Shown here: positions 43,666 through 52,103 of the stretch, one piece after another | Position numbering within the stretch: the stretch's first letter is position 1 | Layout of the letters: each line of letters begins with the position of its first letter | Source of the DNA: Desulfosporosinus sp. | Lineage (GTDB): Bacteria > Bacillota > Desulfitobacteriia > Desulfitobacteriales > Desulfitobacteriaceae | Reading direction: 5' to 3' | DNA: 64,000 nt | Assembly: GCA_049302315.1 (NCBI GenBank) | Contig: JBAQLX010000677.1 | Coordinates: forward strand, 11,425 to 75,424 | Position numbers and translations under genes: made by a program | The notes under the pieces: generated by a model | What the model was told of the DNA's origin: nothing | What the model saw: only the letters and a program-made list of their open reading frames with translations | Databases searched by the model: none

Positions 43666-45078
43666 ATGAACCTGAAGACTGAGCTTATGCCCCATCAATT
43701 CCCTGCTGTTGAAAAATCAATCAGGTCTACTATTTTCGCGCTTTTTATGTCGATGGGAACCGGCAAGACAAGGACCACATTCGAGCTTGTTTACCGGCGC
43801 CTATCTAAGATTGACAAGGTAGTTTATTTCTGCCCTGTTTCGCTCAAGGAAACAGTCCGTCGGGAAATCTTGAAGCACACCGACTGTGAAGACTCCGACA
43901 TATACGTTTTCGGAGATAAAACCAGCGAACGCAACATTCCTCGCGCCCTCTGGTATATCATCGGCATCGAATCGATGAGCAGCAGCACGCGCATGGTCCT
44001 TGCTACAAACAAGCTCATCGCGGCCAAAACGTTTGTCATCCTTGACGAATCAAGTTATATCAAAGGTCACGACTCAAAACGTACGACACGCATCACGGCC
44101 ATGAGTGCGCGTTCAAGGTATCGCTTAATCTTAACGGGCACTCCACTCTCTCAAGGTGTTGTGGACCTGTACGCGCAAATGAGGTTTTTGTCGCCAAAGA
44201 TCCTTGGATATAACTCATTCTATTCCTTCGCCGCCAATCACCTTGAATACTCAGAGAAGTTCCCCGGTCGAATCGTGCGCAGCCATAATACCAAGTACCT
44301 AGCCGCCAAAACTAAGCCCTACGTCTATCAGATCACCAAGGAAGAATGCCTAGATCTACCCAAGAAGCTCTACGAGACGCGCTATTTTCACATGACAGAC
44401 GAGCAGGCGCATGAGTACCATCTTGCCAAAGAACAATTCCTCGAAGAGTTGGAACGCGATGACTTCAATTCGACATCCATTTTTCGTATGTTTACGGCAT
44501 TACAAGAGATTGTTTGTGGATTCTGGAATTATCGTACAAGAAAAGGATTCAAGCTATTCGAGTTTCGGCACCATCGGATAGAAACTTTTATGGATGTGGT
44601 AGCGGATATTCCTAATGACAAGAAAATTATTGTTTGGGCAAAATTTCAATATGATATACAAGGTATAGTCAGAGAACTAACAGATAAATATGGCGCGGAT
44701 TCTGTCGCGCAATTTCATGGGGAAATTAAGGAGAGAGATAGACCAAGGCAAGTAGCACTTTTCCGTGAGCAAGCTCGTTTCTTTGTCTCAACTCCAAGTT
44801 GTGGCGGCCATGGCTTAACCCTCAACGAGTCCCACTTTGTGATATTTTACAACAACGGATTTAAGTACAGCGAACGCTTACAGGCCGAAGACCGCGATCA
44901 TCGTATTGGACAAGAGCATGACGTAACCTACATCGACATCCACTGCTCGTGCAGTATCGACGATCGGATATCGAAAGCCTTAGCTACCAAGGAGGACGCG
45001 GCAACATCATTTCGCGAGGAAGTCGAAAAAACTCAGGGGGATAAAAACAGACTTAGGGAGTTGATAAAAAACCTATGA
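43666..45078 (+). CDS. SNF2-family helicase/translocase
   Basis: 'MGTGKTRT', 'ILDESSYIKG', 'LILTGTPLSQG', 'GGHGLTLNESHFVIFYN', 'QAEDRDHRIGQ'. Confidence 0.85.
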   Translation: MNLKTELMPHQFPAVEKSIRSTIFALFMSMGTGKTRTTFELVYRRLSKIDKVVYFCPVSLKETVRREILKHTDCEDSDIYVFGDKTSERNIPRALWYIIGIESMSSSTRMVLATNKLIAAKTFVILDESSYIKGHDSKRTTRITAMSARSRYRLILTGTPLSQGVVDLYAQMRFLSPKILGYNSFYSFAANHLEYSEKFPGRIVRSHNTKYLAAKTKPYVYQITKEECLDLPKKLYETRYFHMTDEQAHEYHLAKEQFLEELERDDFNSTSIFRMFTALQEIVCGFWNYRTRKGFKLFEFRHHRIETFMDVVADIPNDKKIIVWAKFQYDIQGIVRELTDKYGADSVAQFHGEIKERDRPRQVALFREQARFFVSTPSCGGHGLTLNESHFVIFYNNGFKYSERLQAEDRDHRIGQEHDVTYIDIHCSCSIDDRISKALATKEDAATSFREEVEKTQGDKNRLRELIKNL

Positions 45079-46370
45079 GCGGCAAAACATATCTCAAGCA
45101 AAACGTCTATGACGCTGCTAATGAACGAATAAAACTCGTTTTCGATGAATTTGAGAAAATCTGTATTTCGTTCTCTGCCGGCAAGGACAGCGGCGTTGTC
45201 CTGAATCTCGTACTAGATTACATGCGTAAAAACGGAATCACTAAAAAGATTGGCGTCCTACTCATCGATTTAGAGGGTCAGTATCAAGAGACTATCCAAC
45301 ACGCGCAAACTATGTACGGGGAAAATTCTGATCTCATTATTCCCTATTGGGTATGTCTACCATTAAACTTACGTAACGCAGTTTCGGTTTATCAGCCGTT
45401 CTGGTGCTGCTGGGAGCCAGGTCTTGAAGATAAATGGATTAGGCCATTTCCTGACTTCCCCGCCATCACTGATCAGGATTATTTCCCATTCTACCGCTAC
45501 CGCATGGAATTTGAAGAATTTGTTCCCGAATTTAGCAAGTGGTTTTCTGAGGGCAAAAAGACGGCGTGTCTAGTGGGGATTAGGTCTAACGAAAGCCTTA
45601 ATCGGTACAGGACCATAGTGAGCGATAGTAAAGAATCTTACAAGGGCAAGGGCTGGACCACTAAAATGTCCGATAATGTTTATAATGCTTACCCAATATA
45701 TGATTGGACCACAGAGGATATCTGGGCCGCAAATGGCAAAAACGGATGGCATTACAACAAGCTCTATGATCTATTTTACAAAGCTGGAATTGGTATCCAT
45801 GACATGCGGATCTGCCAACCCTATGGAGATGACCAGAGAATCAGCCTCGACATGTTCCGCGTCATTGAACCTGAAACGTGGGCAAAAGTTGTTAATCGTG
45901 TTTCGGGTGCAAACTTCGGGAATATTTATTGTGGCACCAAGGCGATCGGATACCGAAAGATCGATCTACCGGAAGGGCACACTTGGAAAAGCTATACTAA
46001 GCTCTTGCTATCTTCGCTTCCACCAGAGACCAGGGAAAACTACACTAGCCGTTTTATCAGGTTTATGAGATATTGGCACAAAAACGGTTGCGGATTACCT
46101 GATGACTATCTCGATCAATTACCCGCATCAGCTGTAATTACAGAGGATATTACGAATCGAGGTAAAAAGAATAAGAAGATCGTCAAGTACAAAAAGATTG
46201 AGGACAGCGTTGAGGGTAATATCGAAAGTAAAAAGTTCGCTCCGACTTGGCGAAGGATGGCTATGTGTATCTTGAAGAATGATCACCTATGTAAGGGTTT
46301 GTCGTTTGCTCAGACTAAACATCAAGCAGAGCGCCAACGTCAACTTATCGAGAAATACCGAAACCTATAA
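45075..46370 (+). CDS. IbrA-like PAPS-reductase-family protein (PP-loop N-domain + DUF3440-type C-region)
   Basis: 'NVYDAANERIKLVFDEFEKICISFSAGKDSGVVLNL', 'LIDLEGQY', 'YWVCLPLNLRNAVS..QPFWCCWEP'. Confidence 0.8.
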   Translation: MSGKTYLKQNVYDAANERIKLVFDEFEKICISFSAGKDSGVVLNLVLDYMRKNGITKKIGVLLIDLEGQYQETIQHAQTMYGENSDLIIPYWVCLPLNLRNAVSVYQPFWCCWEPGLEDKWIRPFPDFPAITDQDYFPFYRYRMEFEEFVPEFSKWFSEGKKTACLVGIRSNESLNRYRTIVSDSKESYKGKGWTTKMSDNVYNAYPIYDWTTEDIWAANGKNGWHYNKLYDLFYKAGIGIHDMRICQPYGDDQRISLDMFRVIEPETWAKVVNRVSGANFGNIYCGTKAIGYRKIDLPEGHTWKSYTKLLLSSLPPETRENYTSRFIRFMRYWHKNGCGLPDDYLDQLPASAVITEDITNRGKKNKKIVKYKKIEDSVEGNIESKKFAPTWRRMAMCILKNDHLCKGLSFAQTKHQAERQRQLIEKYRNL

Positions 46371-46382
46371 GGAGGGGTTGAT

Positions 46383-46790
46383 TTGAAAATTATACGGCGG
46401 ACCAATCAGGATAAAGATTTCTATGTACTACTTGGCCCATTCCTAGCTCGGCGTGATATTGAGCGTGAAATAGGCTACCGAATCTATGACGATGACGGCA
46501 AAATGTGGCTAATTGCTAAGGATGCTGAGCTGATTATTGGATTTTGTTATCTATGGGAAAAGACGGGATCTCGTTATCAGATCGGGAGCTGCTATGTGCT
46601 TGAAAGTTATCGACAACGAGGAGTATTTCGTAATCTACTTGCCAATGCAACAAGGAATATCAATAGTAACGTTACCCTGACTACTAAAAATAAGAATCTG
46701 AAAGAGATGCTCATAAAGGAAGGATTTACCACTAAGCAACAAAAGGGCAGCTTCACGGAATATGTAAAGGGGTACGGAGTTAATGAATAA
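46383..46790 (+). CDS. GNAT-family N-acetyltransferase
   Basis: 'CYVLESYRQRGVFRNLLANA' (R/Q-x-x-G-x-G/A acetyl-CoA loop). Confidence 0.7.
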   Translation: MKIIRRTNQDKDFYVLLGPFLARRDIEREIGYRIYDDDGKMWLIAKDAELIIGFCYLWEKTGSRYQIGSCYVLESYRQRGVFRNLLANATRNINSNVTLTTKNKNLKEMLIKEGFTTKQQKGSFTEYVKGYGVNE

Positions 46791-47418
46791 TCAGATCAGG
46801 GATTATATTGATAATATCGTTCATTCCCTTGCGCAGATGCCAGAAGCCGAAAGAATAACTGTTTTAAACGAAATCAGGTCAAGGCTTCACGAGGTCAGTC
46901 CCTTCAAAAATGAACCGGTTGATTGTGTCCTTTGGGTACCAGGCGATACTGTCCAGGCGAATAATTATAACCCAAATAGCGTCGCTCCCCCGGAAATGAA
47001 ATTACTCGAAATAAGTATTGCGACAGATGGCTTTACTCAGCCAATTGTCGTAGTGAAAGAGAAGTTAGATGATAGGGAACACACCGTGGCCGATGGTTTC
47101 CATAGGAATCGAGTTGGGAAAGAGAGTTCAAGAGTAAAACTGAGGATTAAGGGTTATTTGCCTATAACCGTGATCGGAGACGAACATATGCCCATGGCCG
47201 ACCGCATGGCCTCAACTATCCGGCACAACCGCGCTAGGGGGTCCCACAACATCGACCTAATGAGTAATATTGTAGCCGAACTAGTAGAAATGGGAAAGTC
47301 TGACGGTTGGATTGCTAAGCATCTTGGAATGGATGCTGATGAAGTATTAAGACTGAAGCAAATAACCGGGTTGGCTGCGCTATTTAAAGATCGTAAATAC
47401 TCGCGCTCGTGGGTATAG
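46783..47418 (+). CDS. IbrB-like ParB/sulfiredoxin-domain protein
   Basis: 'ANNYNPNSVAPPEMKLLEISIATDGFTQPIVV', 'VADGFHRNRV', 'TIRHNRARGSH'. Confidence 0.75.
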   Translation: MNNQIRDYIDNIVHSLAQMPEAERITVLNEIRSRLHEVSPFKNEPVDCVLWVPGDTVQANNYNPNSVAPPEMKLLEISIATDGFTQPIVVVKEKLDDREHTVADGFHRNRVGKESSRVKLRIKGYLPITVIGDEHMPMADRMASTIRHNRARGSHNIDLMSNIVAELVEMGKSDGWIAKHLGMDADEVLRLKQITGLAALFKDRKYSRSWV

Positions 47419-47434
47419 AAAGGGGCCCTTAATA

Positions 47435-47935
47435 ATGATCGAGCTAAACTACATCGAAATCCAAGCCTTCCGCAAAATCGGCTATGGCTGTCTTTTCTCC
47501 TTTGCCTCGTTAGACGGCGCAAACTGGCAGACCGATCTCCTGATCCATCTCTCCACTAAAGAGATAAAATCACGCGAAATGAAAACCGCTAAAATCGAGA
47601 TTAGCGTAGAGTTGCGCGAGATAAACGGTTTCCCTCTTGTCCGAATGCCGATCACAATTCACGACTACCCTGGTGATCCGTGCAAGATGGAGGTATTTTT
47701 TAATCTTATCCGCGAAGATCATATAAAATGTGCCGCATCGCTCACGGCGCAGAAAACTGTACGGATTCATTTTTTCGGAGATAACTTGAAGTATTCCCAC
47801 TCAAAGGAGATCAGGTGGTACCTACAAAATGACGTGGCCAACATACTAATTAAGGCCGCACCTATGGCGCAGAGTAAGAAAGATGCCGATTTTGAACTGG
47901 CAAAAGCGAAATTTATGGAGGAAAACGAGCTATGA
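47435..47935 (+). CDS. hypothetical protein
   Basis: ORF only. Confidence 0.55.
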   Translation: MIELNYIEIQAFRKIGYGCLFSFASLDGANWQTDLLIHLSTKEIKSREMKTAKIEISVELREINGFPLVRMPITIHDYPGDPCKMEVFFNLIREDHIKCAASLTAQKTVRIHFFGDNLKYSHSKEIRWYLQNDVANILIKAAPMAQSKKDADFELAKAKFMEENEL

Positions 47936-48132
47936 TAAAGGAAAGCAAAATCCTCTTCTCTGACGTCCTCTCCTGCCCAGAGGCGGCTAAGATGTGGGGC
48001 TTTTCGGAAGACAAAGTGAAGCGATACTGCAGGGAAGGCAAATTTCTCCCGACTGAGGCGCGGCAAACGGGTAAGTATTGGATCTTAACACGGCAAGGAA
48101 TGGGGCGGGTATTTGGGCCCCGACCTGAATAA
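47932..48132 (+). CDS. small HTH (excisionase/MerR-like) DNA-binding protein
   Basis: 'LSCPEAAKMWGFSEDKVKRYCREGKF'; ATGA overlap with the upstream gene. Confidence 0.55.
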   Translation: MIKESKILFSDVLSCPEAAKMWGFSEDKVKRYCREGKFLPTEARQTGKYWILTRQGMGRVFGPRPE

Positions 48133-48144
48133 GTTTATAAACGC

Positions 48145-48180
48145 AAAAAAAGCCTCCCTCCAATTAAGGAGAGAGGCTTT
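48145..48180. terminator. bidirectional rho-independent terminator (module boundary)
   Basis: AAAAAAA-GCCTCCCTCC-AATTAA-GGAGAGAGGC-TTT between convergent genes. Confidence 0.65.
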
Positions 48181-48201
48181 CGCTATGGTGGCTGGTACGG
48201 C

Positions 48202-48657
48202 CTAATTAGTTGTTGTTTGCGTATCTGTATTACTTTCAGAAGATTTGTTGCCAGTAGCCGTAATAATACGAGGACTAACATCCGGCACCTGAGCCTGTCC
48301 AATTCCTGCTATATCCAACTGGGCCTGCTCTGCAGCAATTTGTTTCTGGGCAGCTTTTTCTTTTACCGGCGAAACAATATAATCATGAGCTGCACCGGCA
48401 ATCAAGGCAACCAGGAAGGCGTTTATGATTGCCAAGCCGATTGCTTCTGGCGTGACGATCCCTTGGACAAAAATCATCCAAAGCATGATGGACAATGCTA
48501 CGACAACTGAAAAAGGCCGCACAATCCAATCACCAAGCTTAGTTTTAAGGCCATCCTTGAAGAAGCTGACAATAACATAAACGGCCACTACTAGGCCGCC
48601 TAAGGTTGTGAGATCTGTGAGTGTAAATAAAGTTTGCGGTAATGAAATTGTATCCAT
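48202..48657 (-). CDS. membrane protein at the end of the lysis cassette
   Basis: Start moved to ATG 48657 (GGAAGGAGA-N7); three predicted TM segments. Confidence 0.55.
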   Translation of the reverse strand: MDTISLPQTLFTLTDLTTLGGLVVAVYVIVSFFKDGLKTKLGDWIVRPFSVVVALSIMLWMIFVQGIVTPEAIGLAIINAFLVALIAGAAHDYIVSPVKEKAAQKQIAAEQAQLDIAGIGQAQVPDVSPRIITATGNKSSESNTDTQTTTN

Positions 48658-48745
48658 CTGTTTTTCTCCTTCCAAATAGTTAAATTGGCAAGCGCTTGCC
48701 AATTTGATTGTAAACTAATCTTTGCAGCGTGGAGTTGACAATGGC

Positions 48746-49555
48746 TTACCCCAAATATTTCTTAACCTCGGCTGCAGTGGCATACTTATCCTTACCACTT
48801 AATAGAATTTCCCCCGGATGACCCGTAGGCGGCCCGCCCACAACAATTAATTGTCGAGCATTCCAAGCGTCTCCTGGCACCGTTTTATCAGGATTACGCA
48901 CAAAAATACCGCAGTTATTATTCTTATACGCTACGTCATAACCGGACCAGAAATCGTCCTTCGAATACAACAACACTGCAACGCTTAGCACGTCGTTTCC
49001 TCCCCCATTCTCCGAATAAGCAACCCCAACGGCCCGACTGAATCCTCTGCAGATCGCTGAGGCCACCAACTCATCCCATGCATCCTGCTTCATAAGTGCC
49101 TCTTCTGCTGGGTTAGAGATAAACCCAATCTCTGTCAGCACTGCCGGATAGCCGATTGTCTCTCTCAGTACATGATAGTTGGCAAACTTGACTCCTCTAT
49201 CTACTAGGCCAGTCGCCGAAACTAGTTCCCTTTGGATCTCACGAGCAATCTTTTCACCGAGGCCGCCGGGAGCTAACGCAAAGGTTGAAGCTCCATGGGC
49301 ATCTGGACTGGCGAAGGAATCGGCATGAATAGATAAAAAGGCATCCGGCTTAAAACTGTTCGCCTGATCTGTAATGTCCTCTAAATCTCCGTCCTGAATG
49401 GCGAGTATTTCCCAGCCGTTGGCCCGGAGTTTCCTGACTGCCTTCTCGCCAACTTCGCGATTTTCTGTAGCTTCTTGGTATCCTGTTGGCCCGATCGCTC
49501 CCGGGTCATTGCCACTGTCTTTTTGTCCGTGCCCGTAGTTTATGACCGCTTTCAT
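48746..49555 (-). CDS. N-acetylmuramoyl-L-alanine amidase (Amidase_3) endolysin with C-terminal binding domain
   Basis: 'NYGHGQKDSGNDPGAIG', 'FLSIHADS', 'LTEIGFISN'; C-terminal ~90 aa is CWB2-like (tentative). Confidence 0.85.
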   Translation of the reverse strand: MKAVINYGHGQKDSGNDPGAIGPTGYQEATENREVGEKAVRKLRANGWEILAIQDGDLEDITDQANSFKPDAFLSIHADSFASPDAHGASTFALAPGGLGEKIAREIQRELVSATGLVDRGVKFANYHVLRETIGYPAVLTEIGFISNPAEEALMKQDAWDELVASAICRGFSRAVGVAYSENGGGNDVLSVAVLLYSKDDFWSGYDVAYKNNNCGIFVRNPDKTVPGDAWNARQLIVVGGPPTGHPGEILLSGKDKYATAAEVKKYLG

Positions 49556-49959
49556 TTCCCTTCCCCCTTCCCCATTGGATTTTTATCCTGCAATACTGCT
49601 AATGCTCGATAAAACACCTTTGGAATCTTCACCCCCATGCGGCCACCGTTTTCAAAAATGCTGAAGGTTTCATTTACTATGAGGCCCCAAAGGACGGCAT
49701 TTCTCCAAAAATCTGAGCCCCCGAGCATTAAATCAATTTTGTCAGCCACAACGACCAAGGCTATAATAAACGTTTTTTTCGCAATGCCTTGGAGCCCCTT
49801 GGCGCTGCTAAGCTCCCCTCGGATCCATGCGGCAGCCACCCCGGATGCATAGTCGATCACAGTGAAGATCACTAACGCCTGAAATAGATAGTCAAATCCC
49901 CCCACTAACCAGGCTAAGGTGGCACCCATTGCCACTGAAAAACAACGAACATAATCCAA
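49552..49959 (-). CDS. holin (phi LC3 / phage_holin_4_1 family)
   Basis: 'LVIFTVIDYASGVAAAWIRGELSSAKGLQGIAKK'; start moved to TTG 49959 (AGGAGG-N7); ATGA overlap with the endolysin. Confidence 0.75.
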   Translation of the reverse strand: MDYVRCFSVAMGATLAWLVGGFDYLFQALVIFTVIDYASGVAAAWIRGELSSAKGLQGIAKKTFIIALVVVADKIDLMLGGSDFWRNAVLWGLIVNETFSIFENGGRMGVKIPKVFYRALAVLQDKNPMGKGEGK

Positions 49960-50043
49960 TGGTCCCCCTCCTTTCGTAATAGCGGAACCCCCAGACACCC
50001 TACTCACCGTCACCTCCTGCGGATTTCGGGTTTAGATTTGGGG

Positions 50044-50069
50044 CACAAAAAATACCGCTGGTTAGCGGT
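50044..50069 (-). terminator. possible minus-strand terminator upstream of the holin
   Basis: ACCGCT-GGTT-AGCGGT hairpin, followed by a T-run when read on the minus strand; short stem. Confidence 0.35.
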
Positions 50070-50109
50070 GAAAATAAAGTGAAAATATTTGATTTATCCA
50101 GAATAAGCC

Positions 50110-50138
50110 TTGACGCGTGCGTGCGTATATGGTATACT
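50110..50138 (+). promoter_or_regulatory. sigma-A promoter of the plus-strand moron cassette
   Basis: TTGACG (50110-50115), 17-nt spacer ending in TGG, TATACT (50133-50138). Confidence 0.6.
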
Positions 50139-50175
50139 TAACTCAAGGTTAAGGAATGGAAGGAGGAACGGCAAA

Positions 50176-50358
50176 ATGGTATATTTCGGAGAAAATCCCC
50201 AATCAAAAAAAGAAAAGCACGTGCATTACTGGATAAAAGCTGAAGATGGGAAAACAGAACGATGTAAGTGTGGCGAAGAGCAGGAGATAAAAAGAGATTT
50301 CCCTACCCTGGAAAATATTCCGCACCGCAATGTCGAAGGTAAAAATAATGATGATTAG
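50176..50358 (+). CDS. hypothetical small protein
   Basis: AGGAGG-N9-ATG at 50176 (track start 50110 lies inside the promoter). Confidence 0.45.
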   Translation: MVYFGENPQSKKEKHVHYWIKAEDGKTERCKCGEEQEIKRDFPTLENIPHRNVEGKNNDD

Positions 50359-50412
50359 ACGGACGGTTAAAGGCCGTCCGTGAGATACCCAGCGCACGAA
50401 AGGAGATAAGAC

Positions 50413-50559
50413 ATGCAAGTAGGGCTTAATACGCGCATCGAGCATGACCTCCGGGTCCGGCTCGATACTCAAGTAGAAAAAGAAAAGCGTCCAATCGCTC
50501 AAGTCGTTGCCGAGGCGATAGAAAGGTACCTCGACGAAAAGGAAAAGGAGAAACATTAA
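50413..50559 (+). CDS. ribbon-helix-helix (CopG/Arc-like) protein, 48 aa (below ORF-track cutoff)
   Basis: AAAGGAG RBS; 'MQVGLNTRIEHDLRVRLDTQVEKEKRPIAQVVAEAIERYL' fits a beta-strand + two-helix RHH pattern. Confidence 0.5.
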   Translation: MQVGLNTRIEHDLRVRLDTQVEKEKRPIAQVVAEAIERYLDEKEKEKH

Positions 50560-50579
50560 ACGATGAGGAGGAAAATTAA

Positions 50580-50834
50580 TTGGGTGCATTCATATCACGT
50601 CAACCAAACGGGCTATATTGTAGGTTTTCATCAGTCGTTGATTGCCCAACCCACTACAATATGACCAGCGAGAATTACATTGAGTATTGCATCGAAAAAG
50701 CCAAGGAAGAGGCCATGGATGTCTTAAGTAATCACCTTCGCCCATTTAGTGAAGTTGTGGATCATTTTGCGCCAAATAATATGAGCGAGGAGGAGTTCGC
50801 TGAATTTTTAAAAATAGTAAGCAAGTCCGAATAA
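50580..50834 (+). CDS. hypothetical protein
   Basis: GAGGAGG-N8-TTG. Confidence 0.5.
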   Translation: MGAFISRQPNGLYCRFSSVVDCPTHYNMTSENYIEYCIEKAKEEAMDVLSNHLRPFSEVVDHFAPNNMSEEEFAEFLKIVSKSE

Positions 50835-50882
50835 TCCCACAGCCAGCCGGGGCCAATACCGGCACCGAAGGGAGGTGTAAAG

Positions 50883-51122
50883 ATGAAATTCGAGAACCTA
50901 ACAAAAGCCCAACTCGTAAAATTAGCCTACGACATTGAAGGCAACATTAGGGCAATGCTCTGGACGGCTAATCTGCCGCACCACGACGACTGGTCAAAAG
51001 GCCGGACTGAAGCTTTCGAGCAATCCGCGAGATGGCTAAATGAGACGATAGCTAAATACATCGATCAGACACAGCACAAAGCACCCGCCTCCGCCGCCAC
51101 AGCTAAGAACGAGTGCTTATAG
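50883..51122 (+). CDS. hypothetical protein
   Basis: GGGAGG RBS; ORF only. Confidence 0.5.
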   Translation: MKFENLTKAQLVKLAYDIEGNIRAMLWTANLPHHDDWSKGRTEAFEQSARWLNETIAKYIDQTQHKAPASAATAKNECL

Positions 51123-51198
51123 GCAGAAACACCGGAACGGCGTCTCTATGCCCATTGTAAGGCGTCGCTCCGGTAAAAACAAGAGGAGCGAAAAGAGA

Positions 51199-52026
51199 AT
51201 GAGATATATAGAAGAGTTTTTGACCGCCCGCAAGCTGGACGGCCTTGCTGTTGGGACCATCGACCAGTATGAACGTGAACTAAAAACGCTAGCCAGATAC
51301 TTGGACAAGCCCACCATCGAGGCCACAACTAATGACCTGAGAAACTACTTAATCCAATTCGCGCACCTCGCGCAGAGAACTACTAATCGTAAAATATCAA
51401 CCGCCAAGGCATTTTACACTTGGTTAGTGCAGGAAGAGTATATCGAACGTAATCCAACTAAGAAGATCAGAACGCCGAAGGATCCGGCCTCGCTCCCACG
51501 TAACCTAAACAAGGAGGATGTCGAGCTACTGCGCTGGTATCCTAAGTCACCTCGCAATCAAGCCATAATAGAGCTGTTGGTGTCCAGTGGGATGAGAGTT
51601 GGCGAGCTGTCGCGCCTGAATAGAAATGACTTAAACATGGCAAACAGGCAAATCCGAGTCGTGGGCAAGGGCAACAAAGAAAGGCTTGTGTTTTTCGGGC
51701 ACATCGCGAAGTTCTGCCTGACCAGCTACCTGAGCGAGAGGACCGATAATAACCCAGCTTTGTTTATAAACCGCTATGGGGAGCGCCTGCGGATCCGGAG
51801 CATCGAAGCGCAGCTCAAGGCCCATGCAAAGCAGGCTGGGATCACTAACAAGGTCACGCCGCATATGCTCCGGCACGCGTTCGCTTCGGGCCTGTACGAG
51901 CAGGGCGCAGATATTGATTTTATCGCTCGACTGCTGGGTCACGAATCGACGGATACAACGAGAAAATATACGCACATCAACAGCGTGGCGATGGCCAGAA
52001 TGTTCGATAAGTTTTTGGTTAGCTAA
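51199..52026 (+). CDS. XerC/XerD-like tyrosine recombinase
   Basis: Start moved to ATG 51199; 'SGMRVGELSRLN', 'HMLRHAFAS', 'LLGHESTDTTRKYTH' (R-H-R-H-Y set). Confidence 0.85.
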   Translation: MRYIEEFLTARKLDGLAVGTIDQYERELKTLARYLDKPTIEATTNDLRNYLIQFAHLAQRTTNRKISTAKAFYTWLVQEEYIERNPTKKIRTPKDPASLPRNLNKEDVELLRWYPKSPRNQAIIELLVSSGMRVGELSRLNRNDLNMANRQIRVVGKGNKERLVFFGHIAKFCLTSYLSERTDNNPALFINRYGERLRIRSIEAQLKAHAKQAGITNKVTPHMLRHAFASGLYEQGADIDFIARLLGHESTDTTRKYTHINSVAMARMFDKFLVS

Positions 52027-52029
52027 GTT

Positions 52030-52056
52030 AAGGCACCCTCCCCCGGGTGCCTTTCC
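52030..52056 (+). terminator. terminator hairpin after the recombinase gene
   Basis: AAGGCACCC-TCCCCC-GGGTGCCTT then TCCC; the T-tract is weak. Confidence 0.5.
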
Positions 52057-52103
52057 CATGTTGGAAATCTGTCTTTAGCGAAGGTTATTTTTTATTAATA
52101 GTA

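Larger units (their letters stand above)
35932..48180 (+). mobile_element. accessory plus-strand cargo region (possible nested or co-integrated ICE/IME-like element)
   Basis: Own divergent XRE switch, FtsK/SpoIIIE + Replic_Relax genes, surface protein, 10-gene operon; bounded by the att-like site and a bidirectional terminator. Confidence 0.4.

Noticed and set aside
48181-48210. Minus-strand '...GGCCGTACCAGCCACCA' resembling a tRNA 3' end (a possible second att site at the lysis-side boundary)
   Set aside because: There is no preceding T-loop (GTTCRANYC) or stem, and no similarity to the tRNA-Pro fragment or to the 27-bp repeats at 35.7-35.9 kb. It is most likely chance.
50203-52059. Minus-strand ORFs 50203..50589, 51117..51328 and 51631..52059
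   Set aside because: They are antisense to the plus-strand cassette, whose ORFs have RBSs, a consensus promoter and a recognisable recombinase.
50014-52103. Direct or inverted repeats bounding the recombinase cassette (which would mark it as a nested integrative or invertible element)
   Set aside because: By eye the only shared string between the two flanks is the hexamer TTAGCG. That is insufficient, and a computational repeat search is needed.
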